Shown in pieces: positions 7,994 to 17,968 of a DNA stretch of 64,000 nucleotides. Position 1 is the first letter of the stretch; each line of letters opens with the position of its first letter. Source of the stretch: an uncultured Clostridium sp. (GTDB taxonomy: Bacteria > Bacillota > Clostridia > Clostridiales > Clostridiaceae); NCBI RefSeq assembly GCF_947039605.1, contig NZ_CAMQZG010000012.1:9771-73770 (forward strand), read 5' to 3'. The notes below the pieces were generated by a model. That model was not told where the DNA came from and searched no databases. It saw only the letters and a list, made by a program, of their open reading frames with translations. The translations under genes and the position numbers were made by a program.

Positions 7994-10147
7994 ATGAGGA
8001 ATGTTTTCAAAGTTTTTAAAAGAGATATTAAGAGTATTTTTACAAATCCAATAGCACTTTTAATAATTGTAGGGCTTTGCATTATTCCATCTTTGTATGC
8101 TTGGATTAATATAAAAGCAGCTTGGGATCCGTATTCAAATACAGGAACACTACCAGTTGCGGTCATTAATGAAGATAAAGGTGCGACACTTGCAGGGAAA
8201 AACATAAATATAGGTGATGGTATAATAGATGAGCTTCATTCAAATGATAAAATTGGATGGAAGTTTGTGAGCAAGGAAGAAGGAAATGTAGGTCTTGTTG
8301 ATGGTAAGTATTATGCTATGATTGAAATTCCAGCAAACTTTTCAGAAAGTTTAGCTAGTATAACTACAGAAAATCCTACAAAAGCAGATATTATTTATAA
8401 AGTTAATACAAAGGTAAACCCGGTAGCAAATAAAATTACGGAAGTTGCTGAACAAACATTAGTCACTCAAATTAAAACGAGTTTTGTTGAATCTGTTAAC
8501 TCAGAGTTATTTACAAAATTAAATGCGGTTGGTGATAAATTAAATGAGAATAAGCAAAATATAATTAATCTTAAAGAGTCAATCATTAATATTAATAATA
8601 ATATGGGACTTATAAATAATGTTTTAAATGGTGTTAGTTCAGGAGCAACTAGTCTTGGGACATATATAAATACAGTTAAAACTGCATTGCCAGCAATTAG
8701 CTCAAGTCTTAGTAATGTTCAAAGTATTACAGTAAATACAAGTTCAATTATTGATAATACAAATTCTACTTTAAATTCAGCATTTAATAATATTAGTGTG
8801 AATTTAAGTACTGCGAAAGCGAATGTCCAAAATGTTCAAAATTCTTTAGCAGGTCTTAATACAGATAATGTTACAGCAGAGCAAGCAAAGGCTACAATTG
8901 CTAATGCAAAGAATAGACTTACTAATGTTGAGACATCACTGAGTGCTATTACTACTTTCTTAGAAAAGATAAATGGGACAGTAAATAATAAGTATGTAAC
9001 ACAAATGATTACTAATGTTACAAATATTAAGAATTCAGTTTCTAATCAAATTAAAAGTTTAGGAATTGCATCAGGTAGTATTGACCAAGCAGGAAAAGTT
9101 AAAGAATCAGTTATTACAGGTTTAACTGATGGAACTAATTCAATTTCTAATTCACTTGGAAATGCTATAGATAATTATAACAACAATACAAAGGGTCAAC
9201 TTCAATCAATAGGAAGTAACCTTTCAAATACAACTAAAACAGCAGCAGGCCTTATAAATGAGGCTAATGGGCTTGTAGGAAAAGTTCAGGATGTTGTTAA
9301 TTCAGCTAGTTCAAATACACAGATGGCCGCAAGGACAGCTGCAAGTTTAAAAACTACATTAAATCAATTTACTGGAGTTATATCAGAACTTGCAAAAAAT
9401 CTTGGAAGTATAAGTAATGATAATTTAGACCAAATGATAGCTGTACTTCAAGGAAATCCAGCTATTATGGGTAATTTCATTTCAACACCATTTAATATAC
9501 ACCAAGAATCAATATTTAAAATTGATAATTATGGTTCAGGAATGACACCTATATATACAGTGTTAGCACTTTGGGTTGGTTCACTTTTACTAACTTCACT
9601 TTTAAAAACTAATCCTCCTAATTTTGAAGGATTAGAGAAAATTAGTATTAGAGAAAGATATTTTGGAAAGTTACTTACATTTATGGTTATAGCAATTATT
9701 CAGGCTATAATAGTTGCACTAGGAGATAAGTATCTTTTAGGAGTTCAAGCAGCTAGTGTTCCATTATTAGTTGGAGTATCAATAGCAACCGCTATAACTT
9801 TCAGTATTATAATCTTTACTTTAGTTTCTATTTTTGGAAACTTTGGAAAAGCTATTGCGATAGTTTTAATGGTTATTCAGATTGCAGGAACTGGTGGGAC
9901 TTATCCAATTCAAGTTTTACCATTATTCTTTAGAATTATAGAACCTTTAATGCCTTTTAGTTATGCAGTAAATGTATTTAGAGAAGCAATTGCAGGACCT
10001 ATATTCTCTCATGTGGCAAGTGATTTGATTGCACTCGCTACGTTTTCAATTATATTCTTACTTTTAGGATATTTCTTTAAACCTAAGTTACATGGTAAGT
10101 TAACTAAATTTGAAGAGAAATTTGAAGAGTCAGGAATTGGGGAATAG
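7994..10147 (+). CDS. YhgE/Pip domain-containing membrane protein (copy 1)
   Basis: 717 aa. An N-terminal TM helix is followed by a long N/S/T-rich coiled extracellular region and a C-terminal ABC-2-like 5-TM block (YPIQVLPLFFRIIEPLMPFSYAVNVFREAIAG). Confidence 0.8.
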   Translation: MRNVFKVFKRDIKSIFTNPIALLIIVGLCIIPSLYAWINIKAAWDPYSNTGTLPVAVINEDKGATLAGKNINIGDGIIDELHSNDKIGWKFVSKEEGNVGLVDGKYYAMIEIPANFSESLASITTENPTKADIIYKVNTKVNPVANKITEVAEQTLVTQIKTSFVESVNSELFTKLNAVGDKLNENKQNIINLKESIININNNMGLINNVLNGVSSGATSLGTYINTVKTALPAISSSLSNVQSITVNTSSIIDNTNSTLNSAFNNISVNLSTAKANVQNVQNSLAGLNTDNVTAEQAKATIANAKNRLTNVETSLSAITTFLEKINGTVNNKYVTQMITNVTNIKNSVSNQIKSLGIASGSIDQAGKVKESVITGLTDGTNSISNSLGNAIDNYNNNTKGQLQSIGSNLSNTTKTAAGLINEANGLVGKVQDVVNSASSNTQMAARTAASLKTTLNQFTGVISELAKNLGSISNDNLDQMIAVLQGNPAIMGNFISTPFNIHQESIFKIDNYGSGMTPIYTVLALWVGSLLLTSLLKTNPPNFEGLEKISIRERYFGKLLTFMVIAIIQAIIVALGDKYLLGVQAASVPLLVGVSIATAITFSIIIFTLVSIFGNFGKAIAIVLMVIQIAGTGGTYPIQVLPLFFRIIEPLMPFSYAVNVFREAIAGPIFSHVASDLIALATFSIIFLLLGYFFKPKLHGKLTKFEEKFEESGIGE

Positions 10148-10158
10148 GAGGTGAGTGT

Positions 10159-12318
10159 ATGAAAAAGATATTTAAGATTTTTACTAAAGATTTAAAAAAG
10201 ATATTTACGAATAGAGCGGCGATACTTGTTATAGTTGGGATATGTTTTATTCCTTCACTATATGCTTGGATCACTCTTAAAGCTAACTGGAATCCATATG
10301 TGAATACAGCTAATATAGCTATTGGTGTTGTTAATGAAGATATGGGGACAATAGTTAATGGAAAGATTATGAATGTTGGAGATCAAGTTATGGATGAGCT
10401 TAAAACCAATACAAGTATAGGTTGGAAGCCTACAACTGTAGAGGCTGGGGATGCACAACTTAGGGATGGTAAGTATTATGCACTTATTATAATTCCAAAA
10501 GATTTTTCACAAGATTTAGCATCACTTACAACAGCTAATACTATGAGACCAACAATAATATATAAAGTTAATGATAAGACTAATATTATTGCTACAAAAA
10601 TTACAGAGGTAGCAAATGAACAGTTAACTAATCAGATTACAGATAATTTTGTAAAAGCAGTTAATGAGCAAACTATAGCACTTGGAAATAGTTTAGGTAA
10701 AAAACTTAAAACTAGTGAGCCAGTTTTAAATCAGCTTAAAAGTGTTATGGATTCAGCTGATACAAAAATTTCAGAGATAAAGGGTAACATAAATAATTCA
10801 AGTGAGAGTGCAACAAAGCTTTCTAATTATCTTGATATTATGAAACATGATTTACCTCAAATAACAGGACAAATAAATTCATTACAATCAGTAGTTGAAG
10901 CTAGTAAAAGTCTTATTTCTTCAACACAGAATAATGTAAATTCAGTTGCTAGTTCAATAAGTAGTAATACTCCCAATATTACAAATACTAATAATGAATT
11001 ATCCAATCTTATAGGTCAGTTAAAGCAGTTAAGTGATACTGCGGGTGATAATTCTAGTCAAAAAGCTATAATTGATAATGCAATTGGTGTTACAAATAAA
11101 CTTATAGCAGCAGTTGATAAAAATATAAATCTTTTAGAGGGAATAAATAATCAGTTTAAAAATCCTATAATTTCAGCTGGTATTCAAAAGCTAAATGATG
11201 TAAAAGCTCTTATTGTTGCAGAGCAAAATCAACTTAGCTCTATAAAAGGTTTATATGAAAAAGGGGAAGCTAAAGCAGCAGATGTAAATGCTAAGCTTAC
11301 AGGACTTCAAACTATGAATACAAATCTTATGAATAGTGTAACTGCACTATCAAGTAACATGTATTCAAGTGTGGTTCCAACTGTAAATAATTTATCATCA
11401 AATCTTACACAAGGTTTAAACAATGCAAATTCATTGTTAGAAAGCAGTAAATCATTAGTTCCACAACTTCAATCACTTGCAAACTTTGGTATTTCAACAA
11501 GTGATATGACAGTTTCAAAAGCTAATGAATTAAAGACAAAGATTAATGGATTTAAAAATACACTTGACGAACTGCAAGAAAAAGCAGGGCAGGTTAATGA
11601 TGCAGATTTAAATAAAATGATAGATATGCTTAGTAAAAATCCAGGGAAAATTTCTTCATTCTTAGCTTCACCTATAAATGTTAAACAAGAAGAAATTTAT
11701 GGTAGTTTTGCATTTGGTGTTGGAATTATGCCATTCTATACTGTTCTTGCAATATGGGTAGGTTCACTTTTACTTACTTCATTATTTACAGTAGAAGCAA
11801 AAAACAATGAGGAGGATAAGCCTAATCATTTACAAGTTCATTTTGGAAAGATGTTACTATTCTTAACATTATCATTTGTTCAGACAACTATAGTAACTCT
11901 TGGAGATAAATTTGTTTTAGGTTTTAGTCCTTATAATATGTGGCTTATGATGGGAATAGCTTGGCTATGTTCATTCACATTTACAATGATAATTTATACT
12001 CTTGTTTCATTATTTGGAAGCATGGGAAAAGCATTATGTGTTGTAATCATGGTATTCCAAGTTGCAGGGTCTGGGGCTATATATCCAATTCAAACAAACC
12101 CAGAAATATTTAGACAACTTGAGTTCTTATGGCCATTTAAATATGCGCTTGATGGATTTAGAGAGGCAATAGCAGGTCCGATTTGGAGTTATGTGCAAAA
12201 TGATGTTATATCATTATTAATATTTGCAGGAGTATTCTTCTTACTTGGATTCTTAAAGCCACTGCTTCATAAGCAAACACACTTTATGGAAACTAAATTT
12301 AAAGAATCAGGATTATAA
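10159..12318 (+). CDS. YhgE/Pip domain-containing membrane protein (copy 2)
   Basis: 719 aa with the same architecture and conserved ends as copy 1. The gap between the two genes is 11 bp. Confidence 0.8.
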   Translation: MKKIFKIFTKDLKKIFTNRAAILVIVGICFIPSLYAWITLKANWNPYVNTANIAIGVVNEDMGTIVNGKIMNVGDQVMDELKTNTSIGWKPTTVEAGDAQLRDGKYYALIIIPKDFSQDLASLTTANTMRPTIIYKVNDKTNIIATKITEVANEQLTNQITDNFVKAVNEQTIALGNSLGKKLKTSEPVLNQLKSVMDSADTKISEIKGNINNSSESATKLSNYLDIMKHDLPQITGQINSLQSVVEASKSLISSTQNNVNSVASSISSNTPNITNTNNELSNLIGQLKQLSDTAGDNSSQKAIIDNAIGVTNKLIAAVDKNINLLEGINNQFKNPIISAGIQKLNDVKALIVAEQNQLSSIKGLYEKGEAKAADVNAKLTGLQTMNTNLMNSVTALSSNMYSSVVPTVNNLSSNLTQGLNNANSLLESSKSLVPQLQSLANFGISTSDMTVSKANELKTKINGFKNTLDELQEKAGQVNDADLNKMIDMLSKNPGKISSFLASPINVKQEEIYGSFAFGVGIMPFYTVLAIWVGSLLLTSLFTVEAKNNEEDKPNHLQVHFGKMLLFLTLSFVQTTIVTLGDKFVLGFSPYNMWLMMGIAWLCSFTFTMIIYTLVSLFGSMGKALCVVIMVFQVAGSGAIYPIQTNPEIFRQLEFLWPFKYALDGFREAIAGPIWSYVQNDVISLLIFAGVFFLLGFLKPLLHKQTHFMETKFKESGL

Positions 12319-12328
12319 AAATAAGGTA

Positions 12329-12360
12329 AAAAGATTGCATGAGAGTGCAATCTTTTTATT
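12329..12360 (+). terminator. Rho-independent terminator
   Basis: AAGATTGCA-TGAGAG-TGCAATCTT followed by a T-run. Confidence 0.7.
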
Positions 12361-12491
12361 TTTTATAAATTTTGATTCTTTAAAATATTAAAAAATAATA
12401 TAGAATCAAAAAAATACATTAAAAAGTTCTATTCTTCATATATTTAAATAAAATGAAGGAATTTTGTAGTAATAGTTTAGGAGAAATTGTG

Positions 12492-14675
12492 ATGAAGGTA
12501 GGAAGGACTAATATTGAATTTTTAGGCCAAAAAAATTTGATGTTCGAAAGTAATAATAAAAATTGTAAGTTTTATTCTTTAAAGTTAAATGCTGAATCAA
12601 CAAATTGTATAAATCACCATATACTTTTAATTGATGTTTCAAAGAGTATGGGGGATGTTATTGATAAGCTTAAAAAAAGCATGAAAGAGACTTTGAAAGT
12701 TTTGAAAAAAGAAGAAAACAACTATGTTTCTATAATTCTTTATTCAGGAGAGAAAGATGTTACTCTTATTGCAAGGGCTATTAAGTGTGATGATAATTCA
12801 TATAGGTTAACAAGAATATATAAGAACATAGATGAAGAAGTTTATTCAAGAGAAAATACTGTGCTTTCTAGTGCTTTAAAAAGAACTGAAGAAATAATTG
12901 AAGATATGGATATAGAGGGCGTAAAGCAACATATAATTTTATTTACAGATGGATATATAGCAGAGCTAGATAACCAAAAAGCTGAGAGAAAAAGTTGTTT
13001 TGATATAGTTAAAAGATTAAGAAAAAGACAAGTATCACTTAGTGCTATAGGACTTGGGTTTTATTATGATAGAAGTTTTCTAAAGGAAGTGTCGAGTTAT
13101 TCGTATAATGGGAGTTTTAATCACATTAGTGATATTAAGGACTATTATAAAGTTGCTATAAGTGAGGTTCAAAGAGTCAATAATAGTGAGGAAGTAAATA
13201 TAGAGATAAGCAATGATGAGTTCTTTATAGTAAATGAAAAGAGAATGTTTTATGATAATAAAAAAATAGAGACTTTAAGTTTAAACAAGGAAAATATAAT
13301 TGTTGTGTTAAATGATGATTTAGTTATTAATGACCTTAAAGTTAAATCAACTAAAAAGGCTATTAAGAAAGAGTATCTTGATGATTTAAGTTATGCGTTA
13401 GCAAGATATTATGTTGCTGTAGATGATATGCACAATATGGAAAATGCCATAGAGCTAAGTGGTGATCAATTTGTATATGATAGCTTAGTTAATTGTAATT
13501 CTTTTATAGAAAAAGGCAGAGCAATAGAACTTCTAGAGTCACTTGTAAATGATAGGGATAAAAGATTTAAGTTGGGTGAAAAAAATACTAAGATTATAAA
13601 AGATAAAGAGCCAATATGTCTTTTAGAACTTTTAAATGAAATTATGAGTGATGATGAATGTAAGCTTTTATGGGATTATTCATATAAGTATAGGAGGATT
13701 GGGGTTAAGGAAAAAGAAGTTAAGGATAAGTATGAGTTTCAAAGACCAGAGGTTGGATTTGGTGAAGTAACAGATATAACTATTGGTGATAAAAAACTGA
13801 ATATAGGTATGAGAGTTAAGATTAAAGGTGAAGTTCAAAATCAGGTTAATAAATTAAAATTGGATGCTTGCATATATAGAGATTATAAATTAGTTGTTAA
13901 TGGAAATATAAATACAGATGAAGTTTGTTGTATTCTTTCTAAAAATGCTAAGTCGATTTTAAGAAAAGAAAAACTTATAAAAGGTATTATAAAAGTTTAT
14001 AACCAAGAGGTTTGTATAATAAATCTGAAAAATATGAAACTTACTAATAAGAAAATTTCAAATTTAATAGATGAGAAAACAATAGCAAGATATCTTTATG
14101 ATATAGAAAAATTAAAATGTGAAACATGGGTTTTAGATAAGTTTGTAAAAGAGATATTTAAAGAAAAAGATGAAAAATTTGATTTAAGATATGTGACAGA
14201 AGAAGAAGTTGAGGCAAGAAGGTTATTTAGAGTTGATAGTAAAGGTGTGTATAATCCTTTGAAAATTGAAAAAGATTTAGATAGACCGTATGAATTTTAT
14301 ATATCAAAAGTAGTTGATTGGAAGATAGAAAAATTCCCAAGAGCAAAAGAGAGAAGTATAGCTTTAGAAAAGTATAGAATGCTTATTGTTGGTGAAGTAA
14401 ATGAAAGTTATCGACGAGTTAAGAGTAAACTCAAAGAACTTAATAAAGAAAAAAGATATAAACAAAGTATAGTTAATATGATTAAAATATCTAACCGTTT
14501 AAATGGTAAGAGTGTGTTTATTTGGGATACTATTAACGAAAAAAAGAAAATTGAAACTGATATAGAGATTAAAAAGAATATGGTTGTTGGTGGTACTGTT
14601 AAGATAAGTCTTAAAGAACTTGATGGAATAAAAATTAGAGAAGATTTTTATGAGGTAATAAATAAATATAACTAA
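12492..14675 (+). CDS. von Willebrand factor A (vWA) domain protein with a large uncharacterised C-terminal region
   Basis: MIDAS motif DVSKS in LLIDVSKSMG, and later IILFTDG. The preferred start is ATG 12492 (RBS AGGAGA 7 nt upstream) rather than 12453. Confidence 0.65.
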   Translation: MKVGRTNIEFLGQKNLMFESNNKNCKFYSLKLNAESTNCINHHILLIDVSKSMGDVIDKLKKSMKETLKVLKKEENNYVSIILYSGEKDVTLIARAIKCDDNSYRLTRIYKNIDEEVYSRENTVLSSALKRTEEIIEDMDIEGVKQHIILFTDGYIAELDNQKAERKSCFDIVKRLRKRQVSLSAIGLGFYYDRSFLKEVSSYSYNGSFNHISDIKDYYKVAISEVQRVNNSEEVNIEISNDEFFIVNEKRMFYDNKKIETLSLNKENIIVVLNDDLVINDLKVKSTKKAIKKEYLDDLSYALARYYVAVDDMHNMENAIELSGDQFVYDSLVNCNSFIEKGRAIELLESLVNDRDKRFKLGEKNTKIIKDKEPICLLELLNEIMSDDECKLLWDYSYKYRRIGVKEKEVKDKYEFQRPEVGFGEVTDITIGDKKLNIGMRVKIKGEVQNQVNKLKLDACIYRDYKLVVNGNINTDEVCCILSKNAKSILRKEKLIKGIIKVYNQEVCIINLKNMKLTNKKISNLIDEKTIARYLYDIEKLKCETWVLDKFVKEIFKEKDEKFDLRYVTEEEVEARRLFRVDSKGVYNPLKIEKDLDRPYEFYISKVVDWKIEKFPRAKERSIALEKYRMLIVGEVNESYRRVKSKLKELNKEKRYKQSIVNMIKISNRLNGKSVFIWDTINEKKKIETDIEIKKNMVVGGTVKISLKELDGIKIREDFYEVINKYN

Positions 14676-14753
14676 TAAAAAGGGAGTTGCCTGTGCACCT
14701 CCCTTTTTATTAAGTTTTTATTCACTTATAAATTATCAGGAGTTTGCTTTAAA

Positions 14754-15341
14754 TTAGCATCCTGATTTAGCCATAGCGCATAATGTTGGATTTTTAACAT
14801 CAAATATTAAAAGCTCTAATGGTGTATGAACTACATTTACTATTCTTACTGAATAAGTTGTACATGCAGGACAAGCATTACCTTCTATTTTTTTGAAGCT
14901 AAAGTTGTGTGTTACTTCATCATTAGCAACTGCTGCTTGATTAAAGTGTGAGTAAGTCCATGTTCCACAAACTGTTTCGCATCCATTTTCGCATTTAACA
15001 AGTTCAAATTCTATTCTTGCTGGCATTGTTTGAGCAGCAGCGAATTTAATAAATACTTGAGCTGAAAATTCTATTTGAGATACAGGGTTTTTTAAACAAC
15101 TTGTATCAAGTGTTAGACATACAAGTGATTTAGGGTTAACAGTTACAGCGATAGCTCCTGTTATATCAAATGAATGAGGAACATTAGTTGTTGAACCAGA
15201 AGAAGCTTCAAATAATACAGGGTGAGCACAAGGGCTTAGTTTAGTTACACATTTTGAATATTTTCTAGGCTCACAGTCACAATAAATTGGATCTGGTGTA
15301 CAGCAACAGTTAGGGTCTTCGTTACAATAATTAAGTTTCAT
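14754..15341 (-). CDS. Cysteine-rich hypothetical protein (possible spore coat/exosporium component)
   Basis: 195 aa with 20 Cys, including an N-terminal [13 protein letters not shown] cluster. RBS GGAGGT is present. The functional call is inference from composition and neighbourhood only. Confidence 0.3.
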
Positions 15342-15444
15342 AATAAAATTTACCTCCGTTTTATCTTAAGTTATTAATTTATTTGCTTTGCATAGTATAT
15401 ACTATGTTAGGTAAACTACTTTGACACAATTTTAATATAATATT

Positions 15445-16236
15445 TTATTGTTTAATAATTCTTGCTACAAGCCCTTTTTTAGTATCAAAACCAACTTCTA
15501 CATGAGCAATTTCATTAGCTGTTTTAATGTTTCCACAAGCATCATACTCAGCTACTACATTAGCATCACCACAAGGTTCTGGTATGAAAACTTTTTGATT
15601 TTGAAGGATAGAAAGTCCAAGAGTTATAATAAGTTTTGTTACATATTCTTTAGAATTTGAATATTCTATTTCCTCAAATTCTTCTTTAAGTTTAGTATAT
15701 TCATGAACCCAAAAAAGTTTTTCAGCTGGTGAAAAAAAATGTTCTGAGGAACAGTTATTTTTTGAATTACTTTTATATTCTGTATCATATTTAGGTTCAT
15801 TTGAATAAGTAATATCTACTATTGTTTTAAATGGAATAGTTATAAGAGTATTTTCTTCCTTTCTTTGCACATCAAAACATATCAAAAGTTTCTTTTCAAC
15901 ATAACCTTCAATTAGTAGCTTTCTATTTTTTGCGACAAGCTTAAATTTTTTGACAATGATTTTACTTTCCTTTGTTTTTATAGAGTGGATAGGATATTTG
16001 TATTTAAGTTCGCAATATATGTCTGTTTCAAATTCAGATAAAATTACAGGAAAGACTCCAACTAGATGTCCAGAAGAGCCCATTGGTGTTTTAAATTTTG
16101 TTTTATTATAGTTTAAGTTTTGTGGCTCTTGGGATTCTGAACAATTGCTTTTTTTAGATTCATTTATAGTAGGATTTTCTTTTGTTTTTGCAGTAAAGAT
16201 TCTAGTTTGTTTATTTAAATCATTAGATTCCATCAT
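15445..16236 (-). CDS. Hypothetical protein, DUF3794/SPOCS-like (spore-associated family)
   Basis: 263 aa. The repeating beta-rich pattern (ILSEFETDIYCELKY...IEGYVEKKLLI) is reminiscent of DUF3794. This is a weak recognition. Confidence 0.3.
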   Translation of the reverse strand: MMESNDLNKQTRIFTAKTKENPTINESKKSNCSESQEPQNLNYNKTKFKTPMGSSGHLVGVFPVILSEFETDIYCELKYKYPIHSIKTKESKIIVKKFKLVAKNRKLLIEGYVEKKLLICFDVQRKEENTLITIPFKTIVDITYSNEPKYDTEYKSNSKNNCSSEHFFSPAEKLFWVHEYTKLKEEFEEIEYSNSKEYVTKLIITLGLSILQNQKVFIPEPCGDANVVAEYDACGNIKTANEIAHVEVGFDTKKGLVARIIKQ

Positions 16237-16324
16237 TCCTCCAAGTTAAAAATGTTTAGTTTTGAAAACTATATTATTAGTTATAATATTCAATATTTTT
16301 GAAAATGATATTAAAATATATTTA

Positions 16325-16353
16325 TTTACAATTAAAAGGAAATAATGTATAAT
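16325..16353 (+). promoter_or_regulatory. Sigma-A type promoter of the met operon (TTTACA, 17 nt spacer, TG-TATAAT)
   Basis: -35 element at 16325-16330, extended -10 at 16346-16353, with 17-nt spacing. Confidence 0.6.
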
Positions 16354-16365
16354 ATTAGAAAAAAG

Positions 16366-16470
16366 AATAACTTATCTAGAGTGGTGGAGGGACTGGCCCT
16401 ATGAAGCCCAGCAACCAATAGTATTTTTACTATGGGTGCTAAGTCCTGCAGATTTCTGAGAGATAAGGGT
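16366..16470 (+). promoter_or_regulatory. SAM-I (S-box) riboswitch aptamer
   Basis: CTTATCTAGAGTGGTGGAGGGACTGGCCCTATGAAGCCCAGCAACC...GGTGCTAAGTCCTGCAG...GAGAGATAAG matches the S-box consensus. P1 is CTTATC / GATAAG. It lies upstream of methionine-cycle genes. Confidence 0.9.
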
Positions 16471-16491
16471 AAAAATTTGTGCGATATTTCG

Positions 16492-16530
16492 TGCCTAAAG
16501 GATACTCCCTTTAGGCATTTTTTTATTTTT
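16492..16530 (+). terminator. Riboswitch expression-platform terminator
   Basis: TGCCTAAAGG-ATACTC-CCTTTAGGCA followed by T7. Confidence 0.8.
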
Positions 16531-16565
16531 TTTGTTTTAGCAATAAGCATTTGGGGGTAATTTAA

Positions 16566-17450
16566 ATGAGAATAAAAGAACTTTTTGATAGTAAGGAATT
16601 AGTTTTTTCCTTTGAGGTTTTTCCGCCTAAGGCAAGTTCATCTATTGATGTTATCTATAAAACTTTAGATGAATTAAAGGGTCTTAGTCCAGATTTTATT
16701 AGCGTTACTTATGGGGCTGGTGGAAATAGTAAGGATAATAGAACTGCTGAGATAGCAGGACTTATAAAAAATAAGTATGGAATTGAATCACTTGCACATT
16801 TAACTTGTATAAACTCAAGTGAAGATGAAGTGAGAGAGATTCTTGAAAATCTAAAGAAGAATAATGTGAATAATATTCTTGCACTTCGAGGTGACATACC
16901 AGAGGGAGAAACTTTGAGAGGGAATTATAGGTATTCAGATGATTTAATTAAAACTGTTAAAGATTTTGGAAGTTTTAATATAGCTGGTGCTTGTTACCCT
17001 GAGGGACACAATAAAGATGAGAGTTTAGATAAGCATATTGATATGCTTAAAAGAAAAGTTGATGCAGGGGCAGAGCATTTAATATCACAACTCTTTTTTG
17101 ATAATGATGATTTTTATAGATTTTTAGATAAATCTAAAAACTTAGGTCTTGATGTACCTATTCAGGCAGGGATTATGCCTGTTTTAAATGGAAAGCAAAT
17201 TGATAGAATTATTTCTATGTGTGGTGTTAAGTTTCCAAATAAGTTTATGAAAATTGTAGATAGATATGGTCATGACAAGATTGCTTTAAGAGATGCAGGT
17301 ATAGCTTATGCTGTAGAGCAGATAATAGATTTAGCATCTAGTGGAGCTGATGGAATACATCTTTACACAATGAATAATGCTTATGTAGCAAGTAAAATAA
17401 ATGATAGTGTAACTTCTATAGTTACATCTTTAAATAGAAAGATAGTTTAG
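16566..17450 (+). CDS. metF: Methylenetetrahydrofolate reductase
   Basis: 294 aa with FSFEVFPPK, VTYGAGG and LRGD motifs. Confidence 0.9.
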   Translation: MRIKELFDSKELVFSFEVFPPKASSSIDVIYKTLDELKGLSPDFISVTYGAGGNSKDNRTAEIAGLIKNKYGIESLAHLTCINSSEDEVREILENLKKNNVNNILALRGDIPEGETLRGNYRYSDDLIKTVKDFGSFNIAGACYPEGHNKDESLDKHIDMLKRKVDAGAEHLISQLFFDNDDFYRFLDKSKNLGLDVPIQAGIMPVLNGKQIDRIISMCGVKFPNKFMKIVDRYGHDKIALRDAGIAYAVEQIIDLASSGADGIHLYTMNNAYVASKINDSVTSIVTSLNRKIV

Positions 17451-17463
17451 GAGGAATTTAAAA

Positions 17464-17916
17464 ATGGAAAAAGTAGAAAGTTTTGAGTTAGATCATAGAA
17501 TTGTAAAAGCACCGTATGTTAGAAAGTGTTGCACACTTGATGGGGTAAAAGGAGACAAGGTTAGTAAGTATGATTTAAGATTTTTACAACCTAATAAAGA
17601 GAGTTTTGGAACAGCAGCGATGCATGGGTTAGAGCATTTACTTGCTACATACTTAAGAGCTGAAATTACAGATATTATAGATATTTCACCTATGGGATGT
17701 AGAACTGGTTTTTATTTAAGTGTTTGGGGAGATAAAGACCCAAGTGAAATAAAAAAAGGTTTAGAAAATGCATTAAAGGTAGTATTAGAAGCTACAGAAA
17801 TTCCAGCAGCAAATGATATTCAGTGTGGAAATTATAAGGATTTATCTTTGTTTGGAGCAAAAGAATATGCAAAAGATGCTTTAGATAAAGGATTTTCTTT
17901 AGAGATATACGGTTAA
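17464..17916 (+). CDS. luxS: S-ribosylhomocysteine lyase
   Basis: 150 aa with the HGLEHLLA (HxxEH) metal site and GCRTGFY. Confidence 0.92.
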   Translation: MEKVESFELDHRIVKAPYVRKCCTLDGVKGDKVSKYDLRFLQPNKESFGTAAMHGLEHLLATYLRAEITDIIDISPMGCRTGFYLSVWGDKDPSEIKKGLENALKVVLEATEIPAANDIQCGNYKDLSLFGAKEYAKDALDKGFSLEIYG

Positions 17917-17968
17917 ATTTTTAAGGCTATCTTTTAGATAGTCTTATTTTAATAAGTTGGTGATTATT

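Noticed and set aside
16332-16550. A 72-aa minus-strand ORF upstream of metF.
   Set aside because: It is completely covered by the plus-strand SAM-I riboswitch and its terminator, so the ORF is a by-product of the structured RNA.
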